Part shown: one piece after another, positions 15,985 through 24,966 of the stretch
Layout of the letters: every line of letters begins with the position of its first letter
How positions within the stretch are numbered: position 1 is the stretch's first letter
Assembly (NCBI GenBank): GCA_903952145.1
Contig: CAJBES010000242.1
Coordinates: forward strand, 1,516-65,515
From: an uncultured Opitutaceae bacterium
Lineage (GTDB): Bacteria; Verrucomicrobiota; Verrucomicrobiia; Opitutales; Opitutaceae
Direction: 5' to 3'
Length of the DNA: 64,000 bases
Notes under the pieces: model-generated
What the model was told of the DNA's origin: nothing
Databases searched by the model: none
What the model saw: only the letters and a program-made list of their open reading frames with translations
Made by a program: the position numbers and the translations under genes

Positions 15985-18519
15985 TCAGGGTGCGGTCGAC
16001 CGCCCCTGGCGGGCCTGTTCCGCCTGGATCTCGGCGCGGTGCGCCTGCTGCCATTCGTAGATCGAGCGCACGGCGGGCTGCGGGCGTTCGCTCTCGCCGG
16101 AAGTGCGGATGCGGTTGCCGCGCTCCAAGGCGGGAGGAATCGCACCGGCGACCAGCTTGGTGACCGGCCCATAGAAATGATTGTCGATCAGTTCGATTCC
16201 CGTGCAGTCGGCCGAGCCGAGATAGATCGCCGCGGGTTGCGGATCCAACAGCACGAAGACATTGCCTTGGATGAGGTGGTCGAAACTTGCGGTCTTGGCC
16301 ACGACCCCCGGGCCCCGGCCCGCGACAAAGCGGTTGTGGAGGATGAGCCACGACTCGTTCATGCCGCCCATCCAGAGCCCCGCCTTCGGGGAGGAGATGC
16401 TGCAGTTGTAGACCACGTTGCGCGGCCCGTTGGGACCATGGCCGCCATCCTCGGGCGGCGACGCCCACATGCCGTTGCCATAGGCGCCGTCGCGCTGGCT
16501 GGACTCCACGATCAACTCCTCGTAGAGGTTTTCGTTGGTCCAGCCGGCGTGCCACTGGGCATCGCTGCCATGGAACACACTTTGGCGGATCACATTGCCC
16601 GAGGAAGCCCACTGCACCACCGGCGCATGCCGCATGGCATAGGTGGTCACGTTCGTCATCAGGCAGTCGAAGGAATGCTCCCAACCGATGTAGCCGGAAC
16701 CGCCGATGTTATACCACACGCGGTCGAAGACCGAGTCGCGCACCTCACAGCGTTTCGAGTGGGGCATGTAGAGGGATTTGTCGCCGGCGCGGACCAGCTC
16801 GACGCCCCGCATCCAGCACTCCCAGCCATATTCGAACATGACGCCGTGGATCATCGCCTGCACCTCCTGCTCAAACCCGAGATCCTCCACGCCGCAATGC
16901 ACCTGGGCGCGCAGCCGCTGCACGGAGGAACCGTCGATGACGGGGAACTCCAGCCGCAGCGCCTCGCCAATCCAGACCCGGTCCCCCTCAACGCGGTTGA
17001 TCTCGTAGTGGTTGGTGCGGTTCTGCGCACCCTTGCGCGCCGTCTCAATCAGCGCCTCCCAACGCGGGGTGCAGGGCGCACTGAGCTGAATCCGGTCGCC
17101 GGCGGCCAACCCATGGCCCGGGGCCAGCTTCAGGCTCAGGTCACCGCGCCGGCCGTCGGCCGCGAGCGGGATGCGCCCGCCCACCAGGCCCCGGCCGGCA
17201 AAGGCGATCACCGCCAGCGAGCCGTGGGCGCGCGCCAAGGGAACCGCCGCGTCCAGTTGCACCTGCCGGGCCTCGGTTCGCACCGTGCCGTCGCGATAGG
17301 TGGCGCTGACCTTGAGCTCGGCCGAGCCCGGACCGACCGCCGGGGCCAGGTCGCCGGCGTTGAAACGGAAAAATATCTGGGTTTCCCAACGGCCGGACCG
17401 GGCGATCCGCTGCACGGACTTGCCCCCGGCAGTGATCTCCACCCCGGTCAGACCCTCGGGGTCAAGCCAGACATAGTAAAACCCCTGCGGATGAATTTTC
17501 CCGTCGGCGGGGATGCCGTGCAATTCCGGCGGCTCGCCCCGTTTTGAAAAGCGGGAGACCAGCCTCGTCTTTTGGGCCCCGGCGCCGCGCAGCACGATGT
17601 TGTCGCCTTTGATGACAATCGGACGGTCCAGCAGATAGCGGCCGGCCGGGATGAAGAGTCCCCCGCCTTCGGCCTTTGCCTCCAAGGCTTCGATCGCTTT
17701 TTGCAGTGCCGCAGAGTCGTCATTCCCGTCGTCGGGCACGGCGCCGTAATCAGCGGCGGAGACCGTATTTGCGCGGACCGGGATGCCGCCAGGAATGCCC
17801 ACGCGCGTCCAGTTCGGGTAGGCGATCCCGTCGGGCCCCAGCACATCCGCCGCGGTCAGCTTCGCTTTTTCTCCGGCGCGGATCCGGTAGGTGCCAGGCC
17901 AGGGCGGTGCCGTGCGGCCGGTCTCAAGCTTCTGGCCCTCGTGTTCCCGGGTCAGGTCAAGGTAGGTGCGCAGGTCCCAGTCGGCCGGACGCATGGCATG
18001 GGCCGACTGCTCCGCCACTAGGTTGCCCGCCTGGTCGTAAACCTGCAGCAGACAGAAGAGCGGCACCTCCGCCGCCGGCACACTCCTGCGCTGCGCGTAG
18101 GTGATGACGCCGGCTTGGGGCGTGACCGTGAAATCAAAACTTAGCACGCGGCGGTTGCCCACCTCGCGGTTGATGCACACCTCCTTCGCGACCGTCTCTC
18201 CGTTGAGCACAATGTCGAAGATCCGGCGCAAGGGGTCGCTCATCGCCATTTCGGTGTAGGCCAGATGCACCCGGTAAGGCTCGGCCCCGAGGCCCGACAC
18301 CCGCAGGCCGATCTCACCGGTGCACCAAGTCTGGTAGATATGCTGGAGTTCCTCGGGGACGCCCTCCACTTCCGACTCGTAGTGCCGGTGAGTAAACTTC
18401 GGCTCTCCCAGCACCGTCACGACCACCGGACGGTGGGTGGGCACACCTGTCGGCGACCCAGCCTGCACGAAACTAACCAGACACATCTGAGCAACCAGGG
18501 CCAGCAAACGGGGTTTCAT
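15985..18519 (-). CDS. secreted malectin-domain plus right-handed beta-helix (pectate-lyase-3 / GH28-related) protein
   Basis: Signal peptide MKPRLLALVAQMCLVSFVQA. Malectin-like block: YRVHLAYTEMAMSDPLRRIFDIVLNGETVAKEV. Pectate_lyase_3-like block: ADYGAVPDDGNDDSAALQKAIEALEAKAEGGGLFIPAGRYLL. Confidence 0.75.
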   Translation of the reverse strand: MKPRLLALVAQMCLVSFVQAGSPTGVPTHRPVVVTVLGEPKFTHRHYESEVEGVPEELQHIYQTWCTGEIGLRVSGLGAEPYRVHLAYTEMAMSDPLRRIFDIVLNGETVAKEVCINREVGNRRVLSFDFTVTPQAGVITYAQRRSVPAAEVPLFCLLQVYDQAGNLVAEQSAHAMRPADWDLRTYLDLTREHEGQKLETGRTAPPWPGTYRIRAGEKAKLTAADVLGPDGIAYPNWTRVGIPGGIPVRANTVSAADYGAVPDDGNDDSAALQKAIEALEAKAEGGGLFIPAGRYLLDRPIVIKGDNIVLRGAGAQKTRLVSRFSKRGEPPELHGIPADGKIHPQGFYYVWLDPEGLTGVEITAGGKSVQRIARSGRWETQIFFRFNAGDLAPAVGPGSAELKVSATYRDGTVRTEARQVQLDAAVPLARAHGSLAVIAFAGRGLVGGRIPLAADGRRGDLSLKLAPGHGLAAGDRIQLSAPCTPRWEALIETARKGAQNRTNHYEINRVEGDRVWIGEALRLEFPVIDGSSVQRLRAQVHCGVEDLGFEQEVQAMIHGVMFEYGWECWMRGVELVRAGDKSLYMPHSKRCEVRDSVFDRVWYNIGGSGYIGWEHSFDCLMTNVTTYAMRHAPVVQWASSGNVIRQSVFHGSDAQWHAGWTNENLYEELIVESSQRDGAYGNGMWASPPEDGGHGPNGPRNVVYNCSISSPKAGLWMGGMNESWLILHNRFVAGRGPGVVAKTASFDHLIQGNVFVLLDPQPAAIYLGSADCTGIELIDNHFYGPVTKLVAGAIPPALERGNRIRTSGESERPQPAVRSIYEWQQAHRAEIQAEQARQGRSTAP

Positions 18520-18698
18520 GGCGCCATGTCATCACGGCGGCGCGTTCACAAGGCAAACGCCCAGATTTTCTACTTGTAGGAGAGTCGAGTGGCACTGCGC
18601 TACGGCCAACCGACAAACTTACCGGTTGACGCTCAGAACTGCCTGTTATTTAATCACAAAGCTTTCTTAAATTTTTATCATATAGCTGCCCCCGCCAT

Positions 18699-19646
18699 AT
18701 GAATACGACGCTGCCGCGCATTCTTGCCAAAGGTCATGAGCTGGACACTTCGCCCCAGTCCTTCGGCGAGTTGCACCGATCCGATGACGTGGTGAACGAC
18801 GTCGCCGCGCTGCGGGAGCGCTTCGCGGCCGATGGCTATCTGTTCATCCCTAATTTTCTGGATCCCGCGCTGGTCCGAGCCGCACGCGCCCGGATCACGG
18901 ATGTCCTGGCGCAACGAAACCTGCTCGATCCGGCGTATCCTGCGATGGAGGCCGTGAAGCGCGCGGATGCCGACCTGAAGTTTCTCGCCGATCCGCGCCT
19001 CGCGGTGGAATTCATGAATTCCATCTCGAAGGGCAACCGGAGCATGCAGCAGCTCCTCTACGCCGGCCGAATCCTAGAACTGTTCGGGGCCTTCTTTGCC
19101 GATGCCGTCCGGCATTTCGATTTCACCTGGGTCCGCACCATGGGCAAGGGCTTCGGGACCGATCCGCATTGCGACACCGTCTACATGGGTCGCGGCAGTT
19201 CGCGCCTCTGCACCGCCTGGGTGCCCTATGGCGACATTTCCTACGAAATCGGCGGCCTGATGGTACTGGAGGGTTCCCACCGGCAGACCGCACGCCTGAA
19301 AAACTACCTGAGCCGCGACGTGGACACCTACTGCACCAACCGGCCCGAGGCGGAGAAAATCGAATCGGGCAAGATCCCGTGGAAATGGGGCGGCGTGCTC
19401 TCCAACAACCCCCACAGCCTGCGCGAACATCTCGGCGGCCGGTGGTTGAGCACCGAGTACCGCATGGGTGACATCCTGATCTTCGGCATGACCACCGTGC
19501 ACGCCAGCCTGGACAACCAGACCGACTTTTTCCGCTTTTCCACCGATACCCGTTATCAGCCGGCTTCGGAGCCCGTTGATGAACGCTGGATCGGTGAAAA
19601 TCCCATCGGCCACGGCCGGGCGGCCAAACGCGGGATGATTTGCTGA
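18699..19646 (+). CDS. phytanoyl-CoA dioxygenase (PhyH) family Fe(II)/2-oxoglutarate oxygenase
   Basis: 315 aa. N-terminal LRERFAADGYLFIPNFLDPALVRAARARI is typical of PhyH. It carries DPHCD (HxD) and a distal TTVHASLDN His. Confidence 0.8.
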   Translation: MNTTLPRILAKGHELDTSPQSFGELHRSDDVVNDVAALRERFAADGYLFIPNFLDPALVRAARARITDVLAQRNLLDPAYPAMEAVKRADADLKFLADPRLAVEFMNSISKGNRSMQQLLYAGRILELFGAFFADAVRHFDFTWVRTMGKGFGTDPHCDTVYMGRGSSRLCTAWVPYGDISYEIGGLMVLEGSHRQTARLKNYLSRDVDTYCTNRPEAEKIESGKIPWKWGGVLSNNPHSLREHLGGRWLSTEYRMGDILIFGMTTVHASLDNQTDFFRFSTDTRYQPASEPVDERWIGENPIGHGRAAKRGMIC

Positions 19647-19724
19647 ACGCCACGCAGCCCGCGATCCGGCCGGGTCCGGGCCAAGTCGCTTGAACGGGCG
19701 CTCATTCTCCTGCAGGCTCCCACC

Positions 19725-20510
19725 GTGACTACGCGCCAACAGAAAATCCTGGATGTGCTCCAAGCCAAGGGCGCCTGCACCTACCAGGAGCTCGAGCAAT
19801 TGCTGGACGTTTCGTCGATGACCGTGCGACGCGACGTCGAGGTCCTCGCGAAGCGCAACGCGCTCATCAAGACCCTCGGCGGTGCGCAGCGTTCGAACGC
19901 CCCGCGCTTCCTCTATGAAACGTCGCTGCTTTCGCGCATCGACACCAACCGCGCCGAAAAGGAGGCCATCACGGCCCGCGCCCTGGAGTTCATCCGGCCG
20001 GATCAGACGCTTTTCCTCGACGGCAGCAGCACGTGCATCGAGCTCGCCCGCCTCATCGCCAAGTCCGAACTCGCCCTCAATGTCATCACAAACTCCGCGC
20101 TCATCGCCATCGAGGTCGGCCGCACGCCCCACGCCAAGGTGATCTGCCTGGGCGGCGAATATGATCCGCAGAGCGCCTCCTTCGTCGGCACCCTCACCGA
20201 GGAGGCCTGCGCCAAGTTCTTTGTCGATGCTGCGTTCATGTCCACCAAGGCCTTCGTGGCCGCCGAGGGCACCTACGAATCCTCCATCGCCACGCTGCGC
20301 ATCAAGCAGCTGATGGCCGGACGCTGCGACAAGCTCTACCTGCTCGTGGACAGCTCGAAATTCGAGCAACGGGCCCTGTGCAAGGTCCTTGATGTGAATG
20401 CAATTCATGTGGTCATCACCGACGGCAAGTCCCCGAAGGGGTCACTCGAGCAACTGAAGAGTTCGGGCCGGCAGGTTGTGATTGCGAACGCCCCGAAAGT
20501 CCGACTGTAG
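19725..20510 (+). CDS. DeoR/GlpR-family transcriptional regulator
   Basis: HTH block RQQKILDVLQAKGACTYQELEQLLDVSSMTVRRDVEVLAKRNALIK, followed by a DeoR C-terminal sensor domain (LFLDGSSTCIELA..., LLVDSSKF). Confidence 0.9.
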   Translation: MTTRQQKILDVLQAKGACTYQELEQLLDVSSMTVRRDVEVLAKRNALIKTLGGAQRSNAPRFLYETSLLSRIDTNRAEKEAITARALEFIRPDQTLFLDGSSTCIELARLIAKSELALNVITNSALIAIEVGRTPHAKVICLGGEYDPQSASFVGTLTEEACAKFFVDAAFMSTKAFVAAEGTYESSIATLRIKQLMAGRCDKLYLLVDSSKFEQRALCKVLDVNAIHVVITDGKSPKGSLEQLKSSGRQVVIANAPKVRL

Positions 20511-20550
20511 GAGCGGCTTTATGCCGCGATGCTTCGCTCTCGTTCGCGGC
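20506..20550 (+). repeat. REP-like element (TGTAG head plus hairpin) overlapping the DeoR stop codon
   Basis: TGTAGGAGCGGCTTTATGCCGCGATGCTTCGCTCTCGTTCGCGGC, with a GCCGCGA / TCGCGGC 7-bp stem (20523-29 / 20544-50). Confidence 0.45.
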
Positions 20551-20575
20551 AAAAATACTCTTCAGCTATTCACTT

Positions 20576-20659
20576 TGTAGGGCCGGACCTTGGTCCGTGC
20601 CTGTTTGCGCAACGCGGCCGTCAACCCCTTCGAGGCACGGAGCAAGCTCCGGCCCTACA
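20576..20659. repeat. inverted pair of GTAGGGCCGGA heads forming a long imperfect hairpin (REPIN-like)
   Basis: TGTAGGGCCGGA (20576-87) pairs with TCCGGCCCTACA (20648-59). There is an inner pair CCGTGCCT / AGGCACGG. The first head matches 26603 and 62494(rc). Confidence 0.5.
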
Positions 20660-20773
20660 TAATTTCCACTCGCTCACGCTCGCAGCTCCAGCACGGGTTT
20701 CCGTTGCCTGCCTGCTTTTTAGCACTTGCCACTCTTGTTAATAATTACCATCTTTGTGTAATATTTTATCACA

Positions 20774-21664
20774 ATGGCGCTTTACCCCATTGCCCAGCTG
20801 ATTGAGCGAGCCCGCGCGGAGAAATATGCCCTGGGCTATTTCGAAAGCTGGAGCTTCGATTCGCTGCAGGGCGTGATCGACGCCGCAGAAGCCTCCCGCT
20901 CGCCCATCATCATTGGCTTCAACGGCGATTTCCTGAGCCGCCCGGAACGCCGGTTTCAGGAACGCCTGGAAATGTACGCCGCGCTGGGCAAGGCGGCCGC
21001 GGCGTCCGCGACCGTGCCGTGCGGCCTCATCTTCAACGAATGCCCGCGCGATGACTGGGTCCGCCGCGCGTGCGACACCGGCTTCAATCTCGTCATGCCG
21101 GCCGACCCCAAGGCTTCGGCGCCGGACTATGCGGAGCGGGTGAAAAAAATCGTGGCCTATGCGCATCCGCGCGGCGTGGCCGTGGAAGCGGAACTCGGGG
21201 AGTTGCCTTGCGGCGCCACCGGCCATGTGCAGGCTGGCGCGGCCATGACCGACCCTGAGGAGGCCCGGGCGTTTGTGCAGCAAACCGGCGTCGATTTGCT
21301 GGCCGTCAGCGTCGGCAACATCCACATCCTGGTCAAAGGCGAGCGCCCCCTCGACCTCGACCGCCTGGAAGCCATCGCCACCCGCGTGAGCACACCGCTC
21401 GTCCTGCACGGCGGCACCGGCATCTCCGCCGCCTCGCTGCAGGGTGCCATCGCCTTGGGCGTGGCCAAGGTGAACTATGGCACGTACCTGAAACAAAGGT
21501 ACCTCGCCGCGCTGCAAAAGTCGCTCCAGTCAACCGCGGCGGATCCCCATGCCTTGCTCGGCATCGGTGGCGACCGGGATCTCATGGCCACGGGCCGCGC
21601 GGCCGTGCGGGATGCGGTCAACGAGCGCATTGGGTTGCTGGGTTGCTGCGGCAAGGCCCCATGA
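20774..21664 (+). CDS. class II fructose/tagatose-bisphosphate aldolase family (FBA_II, GatY/KbaY-like)
   Basis: AEKYALGYFESWSFDSLQGVIDAAEASRSPIIIGF, VEAELGEL and LVLHGGTGIS are family motifs. Confidence 0.9.
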   Translation: MALYPIAQLIERARAEKYALGYFESWSFDSLQGVIDAAEASRSPIIIGFNGDFLSRPERRFQERLEMYAALGKAAAASATVPCGLIFNECPRDDWVRRACDTGFNLVMPADPKASAPDYAERVKKIVAYAHPRGVAVEAELGELPCGATGHVQAGAAMTDPEEARAFVQQTGVDLLAVSVGNIHILVKGERPLDLDRLEAIATRVSTPLVLHGGTGISAASLQGAIALGVAKVNYGTYLKQRYLAALQKSLQSTAADPHALLGIGGDRDLMATGRAAVRDAVNERIGLLGCCGKAP

Positions 21665-22641
21665 AAACCAACCGGACCATCGGCTGCGCCGGCATTCTCG
21701 TGGAGGACATCTTCTGCGGACCGCTCGCCGCATTGCCCGCCGCCGGCCAGCTCGCCGCCATCTCCGCCCTGCCTTCAAAACCCGGCGGATGCGCCGCCAA
21801 TGTCGCCATCGATCTCGCCAAGCAGGGCCTGCAGGCCGATCTCGCCGGCGTGGTCGGCTCCGACGCCTCCGCCACCGTCCTGCTCGACGCCTTCCAGCGC
21901 CGCCAGATCGGCTGCTCGCAACTCCAGCGTTCGCCCACCCTGCCGACCAGCCGCACAGTGATACTGCTGATCAAGGGCGAGGACCGCCGCTACCTGCACG
22001 TCTTCGGCGCCAACGCGGAATTTTCCGCCGCACATCTGCCGCGCGCCTGGCTGCAAACGCTGGACACCCTTTATATCGGCGGACTGTTCGTGCTGCCGGG
22101 GTTGAACTGCCGGGAACTCGCGGGCGTGCTGCACGAATGCCGGACGCTGGGCGTGCGCACGGTGGTCGACGTGGTCGTGCCCGAGGGCTGCCCGGTGCAA
22201 ACCCTAAGGGATCTCGATCTCGTGCTGGCCGCCACGGACTATTTTCTCCCCAACGATGACGAGGCGCGCCGCCTCACTGGCTTGGATTCGGTCGAAGCCC
22301 AGATGGCGGCCCTGCTGAAGCTTGGGGCCAAAAACGTGATCATCACCCGCGGCGGCGCCGGTGCGGTGGCGGGCACCGGCCACCAGCGCTGGACCTGCGG
22401 CAGTTACGCCATGGACGCCCTCGACCCCTCCGGCGCCGGCGACGCCTTTGCGAGCGGCATCCTCACCGGCATCGCGCACGGCTGGGATATGCCGGCCATG
22501 CTCACCTTCGCCTCCGCCCTCGGCGCCTCGGCCACGCGCGCCATCGGCACGACCGACGGCGTGTTTACTTTCGACGAGGCGCGGCAGTTCGTGCAATCGA
22601 ACCCTCTGCCAATCCAAACCTCCACCGTCAGGTCCGCCTGA
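21661..22641 (+). CDS. PfkB-family carbohydrate kinase
   Basis: Start at ATG 21661 overlaps the aldolase stop (ATGA). Motifs: GGCAANVAIDLAKQG, and DPSGAGDAFASG (PfkB signature 2). Confidence 0.9.
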   Translation: MKTNRTIGCAGILVEDIFCGPLAALPAAGQLAAISALPSKPGGCAANVAIDLAKQGLQADLAGVVGSDASATVLLDAFQRRQIGCSQLQRSPTLPTSRTVILLIKGEDRRYLHVFGANAEFSAAHLPRAWLQTLDTLYIGGLFVLPGLNCRELAGVLHECRTLGVRTVVDVVVPEGCPVQTLRDLDLVLAATDYFLPNDDEARRLTGLDSVEAQMAALLKLGAKNVIITRGGAGAVAGTGHQRWTCGSYAMDALDPSGAGDAFASGILTGIAHGWDMPAMLTFASALGASATRAIGTTDGVFTFDEARQFVQSNPLPIQTSTVRSA

Positions 22642-22655
22642 ACCCCGCATTGTCC

Positions 22656-23708
22656 ATGAGCGAAACGGCGACACCCATCACGATGCCCGACCTGGCCACC
22701 ACCGGCTCCGCGGTGCGGATTCTGCGCTGGCTAGTCAAGCCCGGCGAAGCCGTCACGCGCGGACAGCCGCTGCTGGAAGTGGAAACCGACAAGGCGGCCA
22801 TGGAAGTTGAATCCATCGTCACCGGCACGCTCGTCTCGACGCATTTTGCCGAGGGCGACGAGGTCTCCGTCGGGGCGGTGATGGCCGTCGTCAACGCCGC
22901 CTCGCCCACCCCCACCGCTGCTCGCGCCCCGACCCCGGTCCAAGCCGCGGCTCCGGTAAGTGCGCCGCCAAAGCCCGCCAACGCCCCCACGGGGATGTTC
23001 GCGCGCAACCGGGCAAAAGCGACCGCCCCAACCCCGCCAGCCGCCGCGGCCGGCGCGCCGCGACCGACCCTGAGCCCGGCCCAGCTGGTCGCCGCCCGGC
23101 GACTGCAACAGAGCAAGCAGACCATCCCGCATTTTTACCTCCAACTGAGCGCCAATGCCGGTTCCATGCTCGCACAGCGACAGGCCGCCCTCCCGGAAAA
23201 GCCGGTCTGGGACGCGTTTTTCGTCCGGGCCGTCGCCGTGGCCCTGCAGCAATACAACCGGTTTGCCTGCCGTTTCGAGGACGGCGCCTTGGTGCCGCAG
23301 GCTTCGGATGCCATCGGCGTCGCTGTGGATGTGGCGGATGACCTGCGCGTGATTTACATCGCCCGGGCGGCGACCAAGACCATCGCGGAAATTTCCGCCG
23401 AAATCCGCGCCGGCGCGGAAAAATTACGCCGGGGCGAATCCCTGCCGCAATCCGCCCAGTCCGGCGGTGCGGTCACAATCACGAATCTTGGCAGCACCGG
23501 CGTGGAGACTTTCAGCGCCATCATCAATCCGCCCGAGGCCGCCATCCTCGCCATCGGCGCCGTCGCACCGCAGCTGGTGCCCGTTGACGGCCAGGCCGTC
23601 GTCCAGCACCGGGTGCAACTCACGCTCTCCGCCGATCACCGCGTGGTGAACGGCAAATACGCGGCCGGATTCCTGGCCGCCGTCGTCCGGGAAATCGAAA
23701 AGTCATGA
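22656..23708 (+). CDS. dihydrolipoamide acyltransferase (E2) with a lipoyl domain and a catalytic domain only
   Basis: Lipoyl motif LLEVETDKAAMEVES, then a Pro/Ala linker. The catalytic domain starts at TLSPAQLVAARRLQQSKQTIPHFYL and carries the active-site block LTLSADHRVVNGKYAAGF. I could find no peripheral-subunit-binding domain. Confidence 0.85.
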   Translation: MSETATPITMPDLATTGSAVRILRWLVKPGEAVTRGQPLLEVETDKAAMEVESIVTGTLVSTHFAEGDEVSVGAVMAVVNAASPTPTAARAPTPVQAAAPVSAPPKPANAPTGMFARNRAKATAPTPPAAAAGAPRPTLSPAQLVAARRLQQSKQTIPHFYLQLSANAGSMLAQRQAALPEKPVWDAFFVRAVAVALQQYNRFACRFEDGALVPQASDAIGVAVDVADDLRVIYIARAATKTIAEISAEIRAGAEKLRRGESLPQSAQSGGAVTITNLGSTGVETFSAIINPPEAAILAIGAVAPQLVPVDGQAVVQHRVQLTLSADHRVVNGKYAAGFLAAVVREIEKS

Positions 23709-24703
23709 ATGGTGCCTCCGCCGCAAATTCCCCCGCCTCCCCGGTTCCTCTGGACCGGGAGTTTCTCCTCGGCCTCTACGGCAAGATGGTCCTCATCCGC
23801 GAATTCGAGGAACGCGTGAAGTTCCTGTTCCTCGAAGGCACGATGCCCGGCACCATCCACCAATGCCAGGGCCAGGAGGCGACCGCCACCGGCGTCTGCG
23901 CCGCCCTGCGCGCCGACGACTGGATCACGTCCACCTTCCGCGGCCACGGCCACGCGCTCGCCAAGGGCCTCACGGTGCAGGAAATGCTCGACGAGCTCTT
24001 CGGGGCCACTACCGGCTGCTGCAAGGGTAAGGGCGGCTCCATGCACATGGGCAACATGGCCAAGGGCATGGTGCCGGGCATCGCCATCGTTGCCGGCGGC
24101 ATCCCGCTCGCCGCGGGCATGGCCCTCGCCTTCAAGATGCAGCGCACCACTCAGGTCGTTGCGTGCTTCTTCGGCGACGGCGCCGTGGCCGAGGGCGCGT
24201 TCCACGAAGGCGTGAACATGGCCGCCATCTGGGACCTGCCCGTCATTTTCGTCTGCGAAAACAACCTCTACGGCGCCTCCACGCGCATCGACAAGGTCAT
24301 GAAGAATCCGCGCGTCTCCGCTCGCGCCGCCGCCTACGGTTTCCAGGGCGAGACCGTAGACGGCAACGATGTGCTCGCGGTCTACGCCGCCGCCCAACGC
24401 GCCGCCGAGGCCTGCCGCAACGGCCAGGGCCCCGTCCTCCTCGAGCTCCTCACCTACCGCCGCACCGGCCACTCGCGCCGGGATGCCTGCCACTATCAGG
24501 CGAAGGACGAGCGCGAGGCCTGGTTCTCCCGCGATCCCATCACCCGATTCGCCACCCAGCTCCTCGCCCGCCGCGACATCACGCAAGCCGATCTTGACGC
24601 CATCAAGGCGCGCATCGACACGCAGATCGCCCAGAGCGTCGAGCTCGCCAAGCAGGCCCCGCAGCCCACGCTCGCCGACCTGACCACCGACGTCTTCGCC
24701 TGA
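23705..24703 (+). CDS. TPP-dependent dehydrogenase E1 component, alpha subunit (pyruvate/acetoin/BCKA type)
   Basis: ATGA overlap with E2. Motifs: GQEATATGVCAAL, GKGGSMHM, CFFGDGAVAEGAFHEGVNMAAIWDLPVIFVCENNLYG (TPP-binding motif). Confidence 0.9.
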   Translation: MNGASAANSPASPVPLDREFLLGLYGKMVLIREFEERVKFLFLEGTMPGTIHQCQGQEATATGVCAALRADDWITSTFRGHGHALAKGLTVQEMLDELFGATTGCCKGKGGSMHMGNMAKGMVPGIAIVAGGIPLAAGMALAFKMQRTTQVVACFFGDGAVAEGAFHEGVNMAAIWDLPVIFVCENNLYGASTRIDKVMKNPRVSARAAAYGFQGETVDGNDVLAVYAAAQRAAEACRNGQGPVLLELLTYRRTGHSRRDACHYQAKDEREAWFSRDPITRFATQLLARRDITQADLDAIKARIDTQIAQSVELAKQAPQPTLADLTTDVFA

Positions 24704-24713
24704 TCCACCCGCC

Positions 24714-24953
24714 GTGCCCGCCCTTTCCGACCAGGAAAAAACCGCCGCCGCGCAATATGAGCGCGACGGTTTCTTCATCGCACCGCCGGTGATCCCCGCC
24801 GAGCTCCTGGCCCGTGTGCGCCCGCGCGTGAGCTTTGCGATCCATCTTCGCACCGAAAAATCCGGGCTCCGCCCCGGCACCCGCTGGCAGGACGCCGGCT
24901 ACCTGCACGACTTCAACGATCCGGTCGGCAGCCCCGTCATCCACCGCGCCTGA
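24714..24953 (+). pseudogene. 79-aa ORF resembling only the N-terminal approximately 35 residues of a PhyH dioxygenase (gene remnant or micro-protein)
   Basis: GTG start 11 nt after E1alpha; stop 14 nt before E1beta. LSDQEKTAAAQYERDGFFIAPPVIPAELLARV resembles a PhyH N-terminus. There is no HxD...H facial triad and the ORF is far too short for the fold. Confidence 0.35.
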
Positions 24954-24966
24954 CTTCGCCAAAAAC

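Noticed and set aside
20748-20766. TGTGTAATATTTTATCACA upstream of the aldolase gene as a CRP-type site
   Set aside because: The half-sites TGTG/CACA are spaced 5+9+5, not the TGTGA-N6-TCACA geometry, and the arms are not fully complementary. It may still be part of the promoter or the DeoR operator, but I cannot support a specific call.
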